NCBI GenBank assembly: GCA_964016885.1
Contig: OZ024740.1
Span: 88,784,001 to 88,848,000 of the forward strand
DNA: 64,000 nucleotides
From: Eledone cirrhosa
Lineage: Eukaryota
Direction: 5' to 3'
A model generated the notes under the pieces. The model did not search any database and was not told the origin of the DNA. It saw nothing but the letters and a program-made list of their open reading frames with translations. Of the stretch, positions 50,770-64,000 are shown piece by piece. A program made the translations under genes and the position numbers. The first letter of the stretch is position 1. Every line of letters begins with the position of its first letter.

Positions 50770-50915
50770 CATCATGGAGGAATTCAATTTAAATTTGCAA
50801 ATTATAATGTTCACGATGGCCGAATGTGTTTCGCTATAGAGAATATATCTACAGATGGAGACTGGGGCAATAAAATTATATTTGATGATGATAGTTTCTC
50901 TGTCGGTTTCGAAAT
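50770..50915 (+). pseudogene. Possible Tc1/Tc3-type transposase remnant
   Basis: HDGRMCFAIENISTDGDWGNKIIFDDDSF resembles the Tc1-family H..RL.FA......W.KVIFSDE.F segment. No TIR or further catalytic residues seen. Confidence 0.33.
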
Positions 50916-51239
50916 GGATATTCAATCTTCCAATCAGCCGAACGTCCAGTTAGTGAAGCAACATAAACGAATGAGTATTTCACAGACACGCGTATCCTTA
51001 ACGTAACACCCGAGCCAAATGAGCGTCTACGCAATTTCATTTTCATATCAAAGTTGTTGATCCATTACAATTGATATACCACGGACATACATACATCAAG
51101 AGAGAGAGAGAGAGAGAAAAGCCTGTGATAGGTGGCAGCTAGATTGATATAAGTATACACGAAATATATATTTCAAATATTTACTCCAATGAATTGCAGC
51201 TATCTTTTGATGTGCTGAAGTAATACTACAAATAATAAT

Positions 51240-51455
51240 GGTTTCTTATATAGGCACAAGGCCAGCAATTTGGGAGAAATGGAAAGTCAATTAAATCGAC
51301 CCCAGTGCGTGACTAGTACTTGATCTTATCGACCCCGTAAGGATGAAAGGCAAAGTTAACCTCCAAGGGATTTGAACACAGAACGGGAAGGCCCGTAACT
51401 CTATGTCGCGAAGCATGTAGTCCGGCGCTCTACCAATATTGCCAATCCACCGCCC
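51240..51455 (-). mobile_element. Full-length SINE, longer-tail subfamily
   Basis: tRNA head, central domain and tail. Degenerate duplication tactacaaataataat / tattacaattaataat. Confidence 0.85.
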
Positions 51456-53362
51456 TTATATATATTACAATTAATAATGATATGTATCATTATAGATTAT
51501 AACTAAGTTTGGTAATATCCATGAGATATAGTTCCGTTTTTATTTAGCATTTATAAAGCCATGAATTAAACTTCCCACGTTACCACCACGTAATCTCACT
51601 TGACTCAACAATAACCCATCACACATCGTTGATGTACTCTAATTCAAACAGAAATTTTCGTTGTATATCAAAGTATGTGAAATAAATATTTACCAAAAAA
51701 AACCTTTGTATACATTATTTTAGAAACTGGGATTATCAGTGAATTTATTTATATGTGATCATTAACCTTTGAATTTTATTTGAACACAATAGTTTTTTGC
51801 TTTAAACAATACATTACATGTTTAAGAAGAAAATTACCCGAGGAGAATATGAGAAAACTGAAGCTTTGAATATGATTGAAAGTGGCATATTTAAAATATA
51901 ACTGTTCTGAACTGACTTCACACGCACTATTCTTTTGTTAGCTCATATGCAACTGCAGACATGAATAGTTTTTGAGGTATCATATTTTGAAATAGATATC
52001 AACTTCTCAATATTGAATGCTTTCGGCAGGGAAACCTGTAAACAACTATATTAAGATATTTAAAGAACAAAAACACAAAGAAACTAAGGAAGATTCAATG
52101 TATAATGCAATATTCAAAATTAAAAAAAAAATATATATATATTGGAGAGTGGATGTTCGGGAAATATAATTTAATACTTTAAACTGTCATGTACACGCAC
52201 CTGCACATGGTAGCCCCCATTGGTTTACACTAGCATGCACTAAACCAATTTCACACCAATATTACATACTGATAAAAAACAAAACAAAGTATGTTTAAAA
52301 AATAAACAATTTCACAAACTGGAATTTATTACTGAATCAAATATTTCTCAATTCCCGTTCGACAAATACATTAGTAGCTCTACTATTTAACGTACGCATG
52401 ATTCCCGAATAGAAATATCAAAGAGACGAAATATCTTATCACATATTGAATCTTGTATTCACAGATACCATTTAAAAATATTCGTTTTTCTTCCATTAAC
52501 AGGAGGATCATGTTGCTTATGAAATCGATTTTTCTGGATTGTATTTAGGCCCGGGGTCTTGTATTGGACATTAGAGATACGCTCACTATCCATTCCAGGA
52601 AATTTGATGCAATTTGTATTAGCTCGTATGAACATCAAATAATTTATTTTTTTTGTGTGTTTAAATTTACGTACAGATTTTAGTAGTTTGAATAAAATCT
52701 TCCTATCTTTTCATGTGAGCTAAATTCAGGTAATAGAAGATGAGAACGCAGCGTGATTAATTTCCATATATAGAAATATTTAACGAAATCGCTGAGAACC
52801 AGAATCAAATTTTACCAATCAAAAAGTCTGTGAGATTGAGATTTTGATGAAGAGTCCTAAATGGTAATTTACTTTCCCTGTTATATATTTACGTTTCGTT
52901 TGACGCTAGTTTAAATTACATTTGTTAAATAGCTTTGATAATACTTCTATTTCTTCTCGATATTGGTTTACTCACATACAATTTTATATGGGTCCAAAAT
53001 TTACGTGCACAACAATTTGAGGTAAAATAAAATTATGTCAATGATAATTAGGAATTATTTGTTAATCTATATATCTCATGAGATACATATATTCTACTGA
53101 AACAGTAAAATAACGTGTAAAATTAAATCGACTCGTATAAATTATTAGGATCGAACTCGCACCTGCCGCATGACGGACAACTGTGCTAGCATTGTACCAT
53201 AGTGAAATAAGGTCCTTTACATAGAAAGTCACGTATATATATATATCACCTTGTTCAACTTGACCGACCAGTCTGTCGGGCGCCAATCGGCGCCGCTGGT
53301 CACTGCACGTCGTGATGTTTTAGCCATAAGATAACGCCAGCCCACTATGTGTGTGTGTGTGT

Positions 53363-53457
<95 letters not shown>

Positions 53458-53703
53458 TAAATGTGTATATATATATATATATATATTGGTAAATATATAT
53501 ATATATATTGATCAATATGGTGTGTCCGTCAACCCTTATTATATATATATATATAAATATATATATATATATTGTAACTAACCTTACATAGATCGATAAC
53601 GAAGTATGGTTACGATGTTTTATCATCACCTAGAAACAATCGTAAACCAGTGAGGTATATTTCTAATGACTTGAATTTTTATATCATTATTTTAACTTAT
53701 ATA

Positions 53704-53888
53704 GGGCGGTGAATTGGCAGTATCGGTAGAGGGTTGGACGCCATGCTTTCTAGCATAGTTACGTCCCTTTACAGTCTGAGTTCAAATCCCGCCGAGGTTA
53801 ACTTTGCCTTTCATCCTTACGGGGTCGATAAAATAAAGTACCAGTAATGTACTGGGTAGTTGCTGGCCTTGTGCCTAAAGTAGAAACA
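53704..53888 (+). mobile_element. Full-length SINE with 18-bp TSD
   Basis: A box TGGCAGTATCGG, B box GAGTTCAAATCC. TSD attattttaacttatata at 53686-53703 and 53889-53906. Confidence 0.93.
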
Positions 53889-53898
53889 ATTATTTTAA

Positions 53899-53941
<43 letters not shown>

Positions 53942-53987
53942 CACTGATGATTTCTCAAGAATGAAACAGTTCTAGTCTTGTAGAATC

Positions 53988-53990
<3 letters not shown>

Positions 53991-54066
<76 letters not shown>

Positions 54067-54079
54067 CCTCTCTCTCTCT
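53991..54079 (+). repeat. (TC)n microsatellite
   Basis: Direct reading. Confidence 0.97.
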
Positions 54080-54085
54080 ATATAT

Positions 54086-54720
54086 ATATGGAAAAGAATG
54101 AAACGAAATTTCTCACTGTTAGTACGGCTGATACCTAAATATAAGTATGTATATGTACATACATATATGTGTAATAAATGTTCGGTAAACCCATACGTAC
54201 ATATATATATATATGTGTGCATGTATGTATATACATACATACTACTCTACATCTGTACACATATATGTATGAACGTATACATACTTATATTTAGGTATCA
54301 GCCGTACTAAGAGTGAGAAATGAAATTTCGTTTCATTCTTTTCCATTTATCGTTTTCGGTATGCCCGGCCGACTAACTCACTCGATATGCAAATTAGGCT
54401 GTTCAGCCGTTAATATGCATAAGGAAAGTATATACTTTCAAACGTTCAATCATATGACAGAAAGGTATACGATGCTGATGATAGCTAATAAGCTTGAGAC
54501 TAGTACATCGTTCCTGTGTCAGTGTTGAACAAAAAGGCGACGATGGTTGCCGAGCACAGTACGGCGTAATTCGGGCTGTTTGTTTACAAACAAACCGACA
54601 TTATAATAAATGTTCGGTAAACCCATACGTACATATATATATATATGTGCATGTATGTATATATATACATACCACAATATGTCTGTACACATATATGTAT
54701 GTACGTATACATACTTATAT
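54086..54720 (+). mobile_element. Non-coding hammerhead-bearing element (retrozyme or PLE pseudo-LTR-like): inverted 5' piece plus partial tandem repeat
   Basis: 54086-54172 is inverted relative to 54256-54347. 54173-54290 repeats at 54605-54720. Hammerhead at 54470-54510. Related terminus at 28513-28572. Confidence 0.72.
54470..54510 (+). ncRNA. Minimal type I hammerhead with one core change (GAAA to GAGA)
   Basis: cgatg-CTGATGA-t agct(aata)agct t-GAGA-ctag-TA-catcg. Perfect 5-bp stem I, palindrome ACTAGT, GUA triplet. Confidence 0.72.
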
Positions 54721-54740
54721 ATATATATATATATATACAT

Positions 54741-54830
<90 letters not shown>

Positions 54831-54853
54831 GTGTGTGTGTGTGTGTGTGTGTA

Positions 54854-54884
<31 letters not shown>

Positions 54885-57800
54885 CTGTGTGCACATGAAC
54901 AAGTGGTTATCTCGTCAAAATACTAAAGGAAGGAGAGAAATGACAACAAAGGAATGTTGCCATATTGATGAGGAGCCAATATCCAGAGAAAGTATTGAAG
55001 CGGAAGAAATGTAAATTACGTAGAATAGACTATGGGAAACGGAGCCTATCAGGTGGCAATTCCCCACCAAGAAGACGTTAGTATTTGGTCCCATTCTCAG
55101 CCAATGTTAATCGGTTGACATAGAGTGACTGCTAGGTGACATCGGTGTGGGTGTTATGCATTATTAGTCCATCAGTTGGCTGCATGCATGCCATACCTGA
55201 GTAATCCTGGCTGCTTAATATAGTCCTCCTTGCCTTCGTTACTGCATTACAAAAGCAATGCTATTCTGCTAAATAAAATAGTTTCATGTAAATGTTTTCA
55301 TCTCCAAGGAGGTTGAGATAAGACAATACTGGAGGGGGAATAGAAATGTTGAAACCCTGTCTCTTACATGGCATCAGTGATTCGAAATTATAGTCTGAAC
55401 TAAAAGATGCACTAGAATTTCAAGACAATATTCCTATAAAATCGGTTCGCCACGATTTTGTGGTATGGTTAGTCTCGACAAAAACATCCTGGTTGCTGCG
55501 CTGACTCCCACGGAAAGGCATTATTAGATGGGTTTATGAAAGAAAGTACATGGAATATGAAGATCTAAGCGAGTTAAGTTGTGTTCACGTCCAGCAGAGT
55601 ATGTTGCTTCGAGTTGAGATTGGATATAATGCATTGGTAGCTAATCCTCAAATACCTTACACGGCAGACATCAAACTTGCGAAGGAGAGTAGACAGATCA
55701 TTCAATAATAGGAGTGGGTGGTAGAAAAAAGATTCATTATGGTTATAACAAAATCTTTCGATTGAGGGTCTAGCATCGAGAGAAGACAGCAACCCCTCTG
55801 CCAAGCGGAAACCTCATAAGATTTGAATGATGTAAAAACATTTTCCCGTTATACTTCGGTATAAAATCCATTTATCAAAAGAATAAATAAAAACAATATT
55901 TTGGAATAATCATTCTTGAATGGATTTTATTCTGAAATATCAGAACTACTATGAAACGTATCCAATGAAATATCTCAACATCTTTTTCATCGTTATATCT
56001 TTATTATTTGCATTATTGTAGCCTTCTGAATGCAATATTTCTACACTGTTCCACATGCTTCATTCAAATTTAAATTATCGAAACACACACACACACACGC
56101 ATACACACACACATACACACACACATACACACACACATACATACACACACACACATATATACACATACGTACACACATACACATCAACAACCGTCGGTTG
56201 GGCGCTAAGAAGGAGATTGGAGGGAAATCTATAGCTCTCAGTAATGAAATGATGATGGAAAAAATATCTTAGAGGTTGAGCTAGTAAGAAAATCATTTGC
56301 AAATGAATTGGAGCGAGATTGACCCCCAACCATTTCTTCAATGCGATACATAAAATTTGCGTTTTGAGACGAAAGTTATGTGGTCTTTTCTAAAAAAACA
56401 TGGGAACGAAAGCCATTCAACATGCCATGGCTAGCAGCAGAGGCGCAGCTTTGAACTATACTACTAATAACACTACCAATATATCTGTTCAGACGTCATA
56501 TATTTGCAGCAAGTAGTCAACCGTTCATATATTGTTATTCTTCGTTAATTTATCTCTCATTAAGATTTACTGGTCACATGATGACTTAAATTAATATAAT
56601 ATTATGATAGATAACGAGACAATGTTGACAATTATATGTCATTTATTGCACACTAGTTTGATTTATGAGAGAATTAAGCCGTTTAATATTAAAACAAGCG
56701 AGATGGAATAATTCATTAACTGTTGCATTAATAATTATAAACACGCCAATATATATCGGTGAAACTAGATAGGCAAGAAACCAATCAAGTAAATATCGCT
56801 GTATTTGCTTGACCTTTTGGAAGAAGTCTTCCAATATCCTGAAATTCCGCATTCTTTCAAATTTGTATTTCACCGTTTCGGATCTTGTTAATATCGTCCA
56901 AAGCATGCGATTGCCAAGATTCTTAGAGCCTCATACGAGACGACGTCCAGTATATTTTCTGTCTCTTCTCAGCTTAAGAATTAATGTTCAAAATGGAAGA
57001 ATTCTGCAGTGGCGTAATTGGGTAGCAGACCCAGTCTACCATCTAGTTTAGCGTCTTTATTTGGAATTTCAGTGCTATTGGTGGACTTTGATATCTCCTG
57101 TAAGCCTATGAACTGAGCCTCCGTGTGGATGATACCTTTCTAATAAATTCCTACTCGGAGGGACTAGAAAGTTGTCATTGGCGCGACCTTTCTTTTCCAG
57201 ATAAATCAGGAAAAAAAAGGTCTCATCCATAATTGATGCAGGATTTTAAAATCCCTTTGAACCATGTAGTTGCAAAGTGAACCTATTAACCAAAACAACA
57301 CACTCGCTGTTAGCTAGAAGATAGACCCAAACACATTAGTTACATTTCGTTTCATTTCCTCGATGAACTAATTATCAATGTGAACTGATTTACTCGGACC
57401 AGCACATTATAATCAAACGTGTTGTATTCAACTCCTCGTATGTGGTAATCTTTTAGCGCGTGGAAACGAACATTTTATCCAGAAAATAGGCATGTATATT
57501 TTCATTTTATGCTCACGATATTCACATAATATTTAGTTACTTGTTATGTTTTATGACTATTCTACGTACATTTCTTAATATGGATAAAATAACCCAAAGA
57601 TTGAACTTTTAGCCATGAGGTAGATTAATGAATTTATCATTTATTTAATGATCATAATGTCTATTATATATCTACTTTAACATTTTTACTGTGGTAAAGT
57701 AGTGATTTTTATATACGTCCACAACTCACTATTAAAATCAAAATAAACAGTAAAATAACTTACCTTCTACCGTCTGATATTTATGATCGAAACGAACAAA

Positions 57801-59289
57801 CAGTGATTTAACATTAAAGAAATTCGTGAGATCGATAGTTATGAAATAAAAAAAATAACTTTCATGGAACATATTTTCCAGTCATTGATATCTGCTCGGA
57901 AAATCTGAAAGTGTGAAGTCGCTCTAGAAATAGAAGACAAATCTATATGGGCAAATAGAAAGAATCATGTCTTTTAGCAATCCCGCTAACTTACATATTT
58001 CCAGGAAGGATGTATGAAGATAAATTAGAGACGCAGCAGGTATCCTGGAGGGCACGCATAATTTTCTGTCTCTCCAATGAATGATATCAATTGCAAGAAT
58101 TCCATCTTAATAACAAACTACGAGAGACACTATTGTTATAATGATTATAATTTTAATTAAAGAAATTATCTTCTTGTATTTAGTCAACGCGCGAACATCG
58201 TCAGGTGATAAAACTCGGTAAATCAAATCGATGTTGGGTTATGGAAAAGGAACACCGATGCGAAAACTTCACCCAAATATATGTGAAATATTAGTAGAGC
58301 TCATATGGCAGAGCAATAATGGTAATTTCAGAGCTGATTGTTATTTGTGAAATTAGCGAAATTTTTGCATGATTATACAGGTTTAATGCAATTTCAGCTA
58401 ATTGTTTTCTTTATATGGCTTAGTAAAGTCAAGTAATACTAGATGAAGGAATGTCTTGGCTATATTTCTACGGACATTCATGTTTAAAATCGGATTATAA
58501 GAATAATAGGTTTTAAATCTATTCCTACGTTTGGAAGCTGAGAATCTCGTTATATACGTTACTTCATTTCTCTATCCACTGCGCTAACCTCTTTAAAATA
58601 GAAGTATGAAGCTGAAACTAAAGCTAAATGAAACTAAAGCCCAATAACTTTGGAATCTAACGTATGGACAACATTCTGCCGGTGATTAGAACCTACGTTA
58701 ATATAAAATCATTTCTCATTTAGCCTATCATAAGGTTGTTATTAGTTACAAATCTCAGCGGCAAACATGATTAGGTAAAGCTCATAAAAATATTCAGTTC
58801 CAATTAAGGTATTCGGACGTATTGTTTAGGGAAGAATATAGTTGATTTCTGCCTAATGTCTTCGAACGGAGAGGAAAATTTGAACTCAAAATATGAACTC
58901 AAAACATAGATAGGCGTATTTAAATACTACAAGGCATTAAATCCATCACTATATCAACCCTGCTAATCCAAAATGATAAATACTAATATGATATCTAGAA
59001 GACTTTCTGTCAAATAAAGACAAGAATGGACTTTGTAAATGTTGAGACAATGTATTGTAGTATATAGTATATACGGTACTGTGATTTGATTCCATCTTAA
59101 AATATGAAATATATACAAATTAATGGACTTCACATCTCAATTTTTATAAAATTTGTTATCGTATGTAAAATATTCTTTTTAGATCCTGGAGCAGTCATAT
59201 GTTTTTTAAACCTGGTGCATTCCATCTCGTACTATTTCTTCTATAGAAAGAGAAATAGATAGAGAGAAAGTGAGAAATATACCAAGTGT

Positions 59290-59412
59290 AAGAATCGACC
59301 TCTTTTAGAACTCGAAAGGACGAGAGGCAAATTCGACCACATCATGATTTGAACTGGAATTAATACCGCCAATATTTCTATCCAACGTACTATCGCCTCC
59401 GCCAATTCGCTG
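59290..59412 (-). mobile_element. Highly degraded SINE remnant
   Basis: gaaggacgagaggcaaattcgacc..gatttgaact..ccgccaattcgc. Confidence 0.5.
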
Positions 59413-60381
59413 TTTTTTGTAAAATATTATAAATCATTAAAAATGTGCTGACAGCACGCCTTCGAGGTAACATTGGTTTTGTTATTTTCACTTTGTCTAT
59501 GATTTCAAATGTTGTCTGCAAGTTGATTAGTAACAGTGCTTTGCTGCTTGGAATCCTGCTGCCTATTGTTTGAGGGGAGATAATCGAAGGAATCCACCGA
59601 TGGTTGTAAATATAGACTAGATAAATTGTTTAGTATGGATTTCGCGAAAATTAGTAACGTAACCGGAAAAAGGGCTTGGCAGGTGTAGGAGACAACTTTT
59701 ACTTTCCAAGGAGTACGTATTAATATAATAGTTACATAAACAATATGGCCAGAACAAATGGTGCATGTGAATTAATACATATACAGTGTATATGTATGCC
59801 ATCAGTCAGATATATGTTCCTTTAAATTAATCTAGAATATATGACTGCGCCTTAGCTACACTGTTAAAATATACATTAAACAATCTAAAGTGAGATCCTA
59901 ACTGGACCATTTTCTCTTCCTTTAGCACACGTCTGCTAACAAATTCTGCGTAACCTGATTTCCAGGATAGTATGCATTCATCTTAGTGAGATCATATAAG
60001 TAACAACAATATATTACTCATATTAATATAGAAGCGTAGAGTTTTCATATCGAATTGAATATTATCGTGTGAGTTTAAATGTAATGTATAACAAAATTGT
60101 CACTCTACCAAATAGTTGTTAGGTGATCCACGAATTCTAGAATATCTTCTCATAGGGGAAATTACCTCGTTATTTATTTCTAGAGACACTAGAATTAATT
60201 GATAACTTATGTAATAAAATATATATCACACAACTAATAATCCGTTACCGTTTATAAATTGTGTATCTTTAATTGTTTACATTAACGTCTATAAAAAATT
60301 AAAGGATGTTTCAATTGTCATAGGAACAATGAATGGAACTAGTTGTTTCATAAATGCTGCAGATTAATGTATCTATGAACA

Positions 60382-60566
60382 GGCGGTGGATTGGCAGTAT
60401 CGGTAGAGGGTCAGACGCCATGCTTTCCAGCATAGTTACGTCCCTTTACGGTCTGAGTTCAAATCCCGCCGAGGTTAACTTTGCCTTTCATCCTTACGGG
60501 GTCGATAAAATAAAGTACCAGTAATGCACTGGGATAATTGCTGGCCTTGTGCCAAAAGTAGAAACA
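60382..60566 (+). mobile_element. Full-length tRNA-derived SINE (MetaSINE-like central domain) with 17-bp TSD
   Basis: A and B boxes, central actttgcctttcatccttacggggtcgataaaataaagtaccagt. TSD attaatgtatctatgaa at 60363-60379 and 60567-60583. Confidence 0.94.
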
Positions 60567-61928
60567 ATTAATGTATCTATGAAAGAATGATTCGCAATAA
60601 CAGACTTAGTCCAAAGTGATCGATGACCTATTTGCTAGAGACTCTAATAAAGAATCTTATGTAGTTATTAAACTACTCAGCCAAAAGATGACATTATATG
60701 AATTGATGCGTTTATATAATAACACCCCTATCATTTCCTTATTGAAGACGCCAAAACGATTGGCTAAAGCAAACGTCTACTTACTTGACCGAGATATGTT
60801 AAAAACACTAATGAAATATAAATGTCTGTTCTCTTTCGTCTTGAAATTGCTGGTTTTTATGACATGATCTTTTAAAGAGTAGCATATAAAATGATGGAGC
60901 ACTGAATTAAATCTTAGTTTTGAGTTTGTGCCCAGAAGTACGGAAATATAAATTTTACTACCCTACATTGTTCCTTTCATTGTAATATTGACGATGTCCA
61001 CCACCAACCAAGACTAAATAGTAATTTCACATCAATCTCAATTTTTGATATTTCAATGAATAATCGAACAGAAAGGAAATATTTATGTTATTGATTTATT
61101 TATATATTTATTTTTTTATTCCTAAGAACATGTCCTGACTACAACAGTTTTGCAAATGTATTCCAATAGGTTAGAGAAGGAGAATATGGTAAGAATACGC
61201 AGAACAATGATAAGATTTTATTCAAGCATGAGATTTTCAGATAATATAAATAGTATTGGTGATCACAAGTATTTTCAAGAAATATATGCCATTGTTTTTC
61301 CTATAATCCATTTCAAGACGAGATTGGCCTGAAACCAAAATGCGCTGTTGCCAGAAAGTGATTATATAACAGTAAAAAATGTAAACGTATGTGGTAAAAT
61401 ATAAAATACGGTAGCAACAACAATAATCAATTAGCTCTTAGATGTGTCTGGAAAATATTTGAATTACTAATTGTCGTTATTGCAAAATTGTATTTTTTTT
61501 AGACAAATAATGCAACGAACGTGTAGAATCGATTTTTAGTAGGATTACACAATGTTAGTGGTACGCAATATTTTCTTTACTTCAAAAGAGATGTTTCTTT
61601 ATCAATATTTTGATATTTGTCGAAAAAAAATGTATATTTACTGCTGTAAACATAATGAAATAAACAGACACAATTTATTTTTGATTAATTTAAAAATGGA
61701 AATAGAATAAACTGTCTAGTTCTTTGAATAGAAAACAGTACATTCAGTAGTGTGTAATGGAGGGGTGGTAATGAATAAACCTTTATTTAAAATATTAGTT
61801 CTACGTATTTTGATTATAATGAACACTTTATATTTTAGCATTCTAAAATAAGCAGCCCTCGAATGTTTTGCAAGAAAACAAAAAATATATTATAAATATA
61901 TATATATATTATATATATATATATATAT

Positions 61929-62129
61929 AAATGAGCAGCAGCATAAATAATTATCAGAGACAGCAAACAATAGAATCCACTCACAGCTATATATACATAT
62001 ATAATATATATATATGTGTGTGTGTGTGTGTGTATATATACACACACACACAGGCACATGTGTATATATAGTTGTGAGTGGATTCTATTGTTGGCTGTCT
62101 CTGTTAATTGTTTATATTGCTGCTCATTT
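61929..62129. repeat. Inverted repeat (about 70-bp arms) around a (TG)n/(CA)n core
   Basis: aaatgagcagca..caatagaatccactcacagctatatataca versus tgtatatatagttgtgagtggattctattg..tgctgctcattt. Confidence 0.87.
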
Positions 62130-62147
62130 TTTCTGTTGTTTAATTAT

Positions 62148-62326
<179 letters not shown>

Positions 62327-62870
62327 AAATTAATCCCCTGTGATTGTTTCATATGTTTATTTATATGTTAATCAATTTCTAGATGTTATATATATATGTT
62401 GGGGAAACATTAACACAAATAAAGGCAATATCAACAAATTGATTCAGTCAACAAACAATAGTTTCTGCTCATAACAAAATAAGCACTTTAATAGAAGACA
62501 GAATAATGGCTAACAAGAAAATAGGACATCAGATCAAATATGGAATTATGTCAATTGCAATGTAATAACCAGGAAAGAGATTGCTAGCACCAATAAAACG
62601 CTAGTAATTAACGGACGGGTTTTTGCAGTAATTTATTTGAGCTACATTTTGAAGACTGTGAAGTACGTTTCGATAGTAGTCATTAAGGTTATAATACAAC
62701 ACATTAAGGCATGCTTTAGTTCAAACAGTGCGAATTGTAGTTGTTTTAGAGAATCGTCTAAAGTGTGATTAAGATTGGAAAAACGCAAAATTGTTATGTA
62801 TGAAGCCTTCCGTTGGTTATTAACAATTGTTGAAATCGATTAACGCCTGAGGATACAGATGATAATAATA

Positions 62871-62979
<109 letters not shown>

Positions 62980-63137
62980 TAATAATAATAATAAAGTATA
63001 TATCCCTTCACGCAAAATTTGCACACGGCACTGGACAGAGTTGCTTCTACATCATTCGTCCTCATCTCGGGAACAATTTTGAATACCGCCAGTTCGTAAT
63101 TCGAACTCCGGAATTTTATATTCTCCGAGTGAAAAGA

Positions 63138-63221
63138 ACCTTCTGACGAGTCTTTCTTTTCAATGGAGGCCCGTAAGGACTATCCATTTATTTCTGAGAC
63201 TCGAAACCGTACGGTAAAGGT
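63138..63221 (+). ncRNA. Type I hammerhead variant in a TA-flanked element of about 300 bp (62978-63278)
   Basis: acctt-CTGAC(GA)-gagtct..agactc-GAAA-ccgtacgg-TA-aaggt. Perfect stem I, palindrome ACCGTACGGT, GUA triplet. Confidence 0.75.
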
Positions 63222-63277
63222 ACAGTGAATATTTAAAAATTTATTTTAAAACTTTTTTTTATTTGCTAAACCTTGTT

Positions 63278-63308
<31 letters not shown>

Positions 63309-63540
63309 TAAAACAATGAAATTAAATAAAAAACGGTTAATTCACAGTAAAACTCATTATTTTACGATCGTTTCTGGGGGGTAGTTCCCCGTATGTCCAT
63401 TCTATTATTGATATACGTAAATTATATTACAAAATATCATAGTAAGAGAATATACATACGTCTTCACTACCCGCCGTCATCAGAAATAATGAGTTTCGTT
63501 TATTGAAGAATACAAAAAAAATATACATATGAATAAGTAA

Positions 63541-63725
63541 CTGTTTTTATTTAGGCACAAGGCCAGCAATTACCCAGTGCATTACTGGTACTTTATTTTA
63601 TCGACACCGTAAGGATGAAAGGCAAAGTCAACCTCGGCGGGATTTGAACTCATATCGTAAAGGGACGTAACTATGCTGGAAAGCATGGCGTCCGACCCTC
63701 TACCGATACTGCCAATCCACCGGGC
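63541..63725 (-). mobile_element. Full-length SINE with 16-bp TSD
   Basis: Reverse complement of the 60382 copy. TSD tacatatgaataagta at 63524-63539 and 63727-63742. Confidence 0.92.
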
Positions 63726-64000
63726 TTACATATGAATAAGTACATATGAATAATTAACTTGTTATAACCAGGTTGAGGTTGACCAATAGTAAAGAAAAGC
63801 AAGGGGCAGTATAGATCCTTAAGTTGGTAGTAGTAGATTAATAAAAAAGCCGTCAGGGAATGAGGTATCAATTGACTTTTAAGAAAAAAAGAAATGAAAG
63901 TTGCTAGTGTAAATGAATTTAGACATATTGTATATAAAAGTGTTGAAGGTCAAAGAAGATTAAGGTTGGAGGTAAAGGGGTATTGAGATTAGCGTGTTAC

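Noticed and set aside
53941-53980. CTGATGA..GAAAC..GTC hammerhead-like string
   Set aside because: No stem I partner and a mismatched base of stem II. At most a decayed remnant.
56643-57000. Protein-like minus-strand frame (..RSETVKYKFERMRNFRILEDFFQKVKQ..) as a host exon
   Set aside because: In-frame stop just upstream, no recognisable domain and no convincing splice sites. A homology search would be needed.
60382-60470. tRNA genes at the A/B-box sequences
   Set aside because: No cloverleaf. They are SINE heads followed by a shared body and TSDs.

Overview
Eukaryotic, very AT-rich, microsatellite-dense DNA with no recognisable host gene. The SINE families and repeat landscape suggest an octopus or other cephalopod (inference, not confirmed). 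Bases 1-17.5 kb are a chain of non-LTR retrotransposons built in and around an (ATT)n/(AAT)n microsatellite. It holds two R4/Dong-like families (RT + restriction-like endonuclease, two copies each, minus strand) and a Tx1-like L1-clade family (APE + RT, one full-length and one 5'-truncated copy, plus strand). The rest is dominated by (TA)n arrays carrying Penelope-like elements (RT + C-terminal GIY-YIG), at least five hammerhead-ribozyme motifs, fold-back inverted repeats and a retrozyme-like unit. There are also many tRNA-derived SINEs, a mariner fragment and a Helitron-like fragment. The most interesting signals are: (i) unrelated LINE clades sharing one microsatellite target on opposite strands; (ii) a SINE whose 3' end matches the Tx1 3' end in motif and spacing and whose target duplications tend to start with ATT; (iii) pseudoknotted 5' leaders of the Dong-like elements that fit no ribozyme class I recognise; (iv) variant hammerheads and hairpin cassettes in TA arrays. 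Most short ORFs in the supplied track are microsatellite or antisense artefacts.
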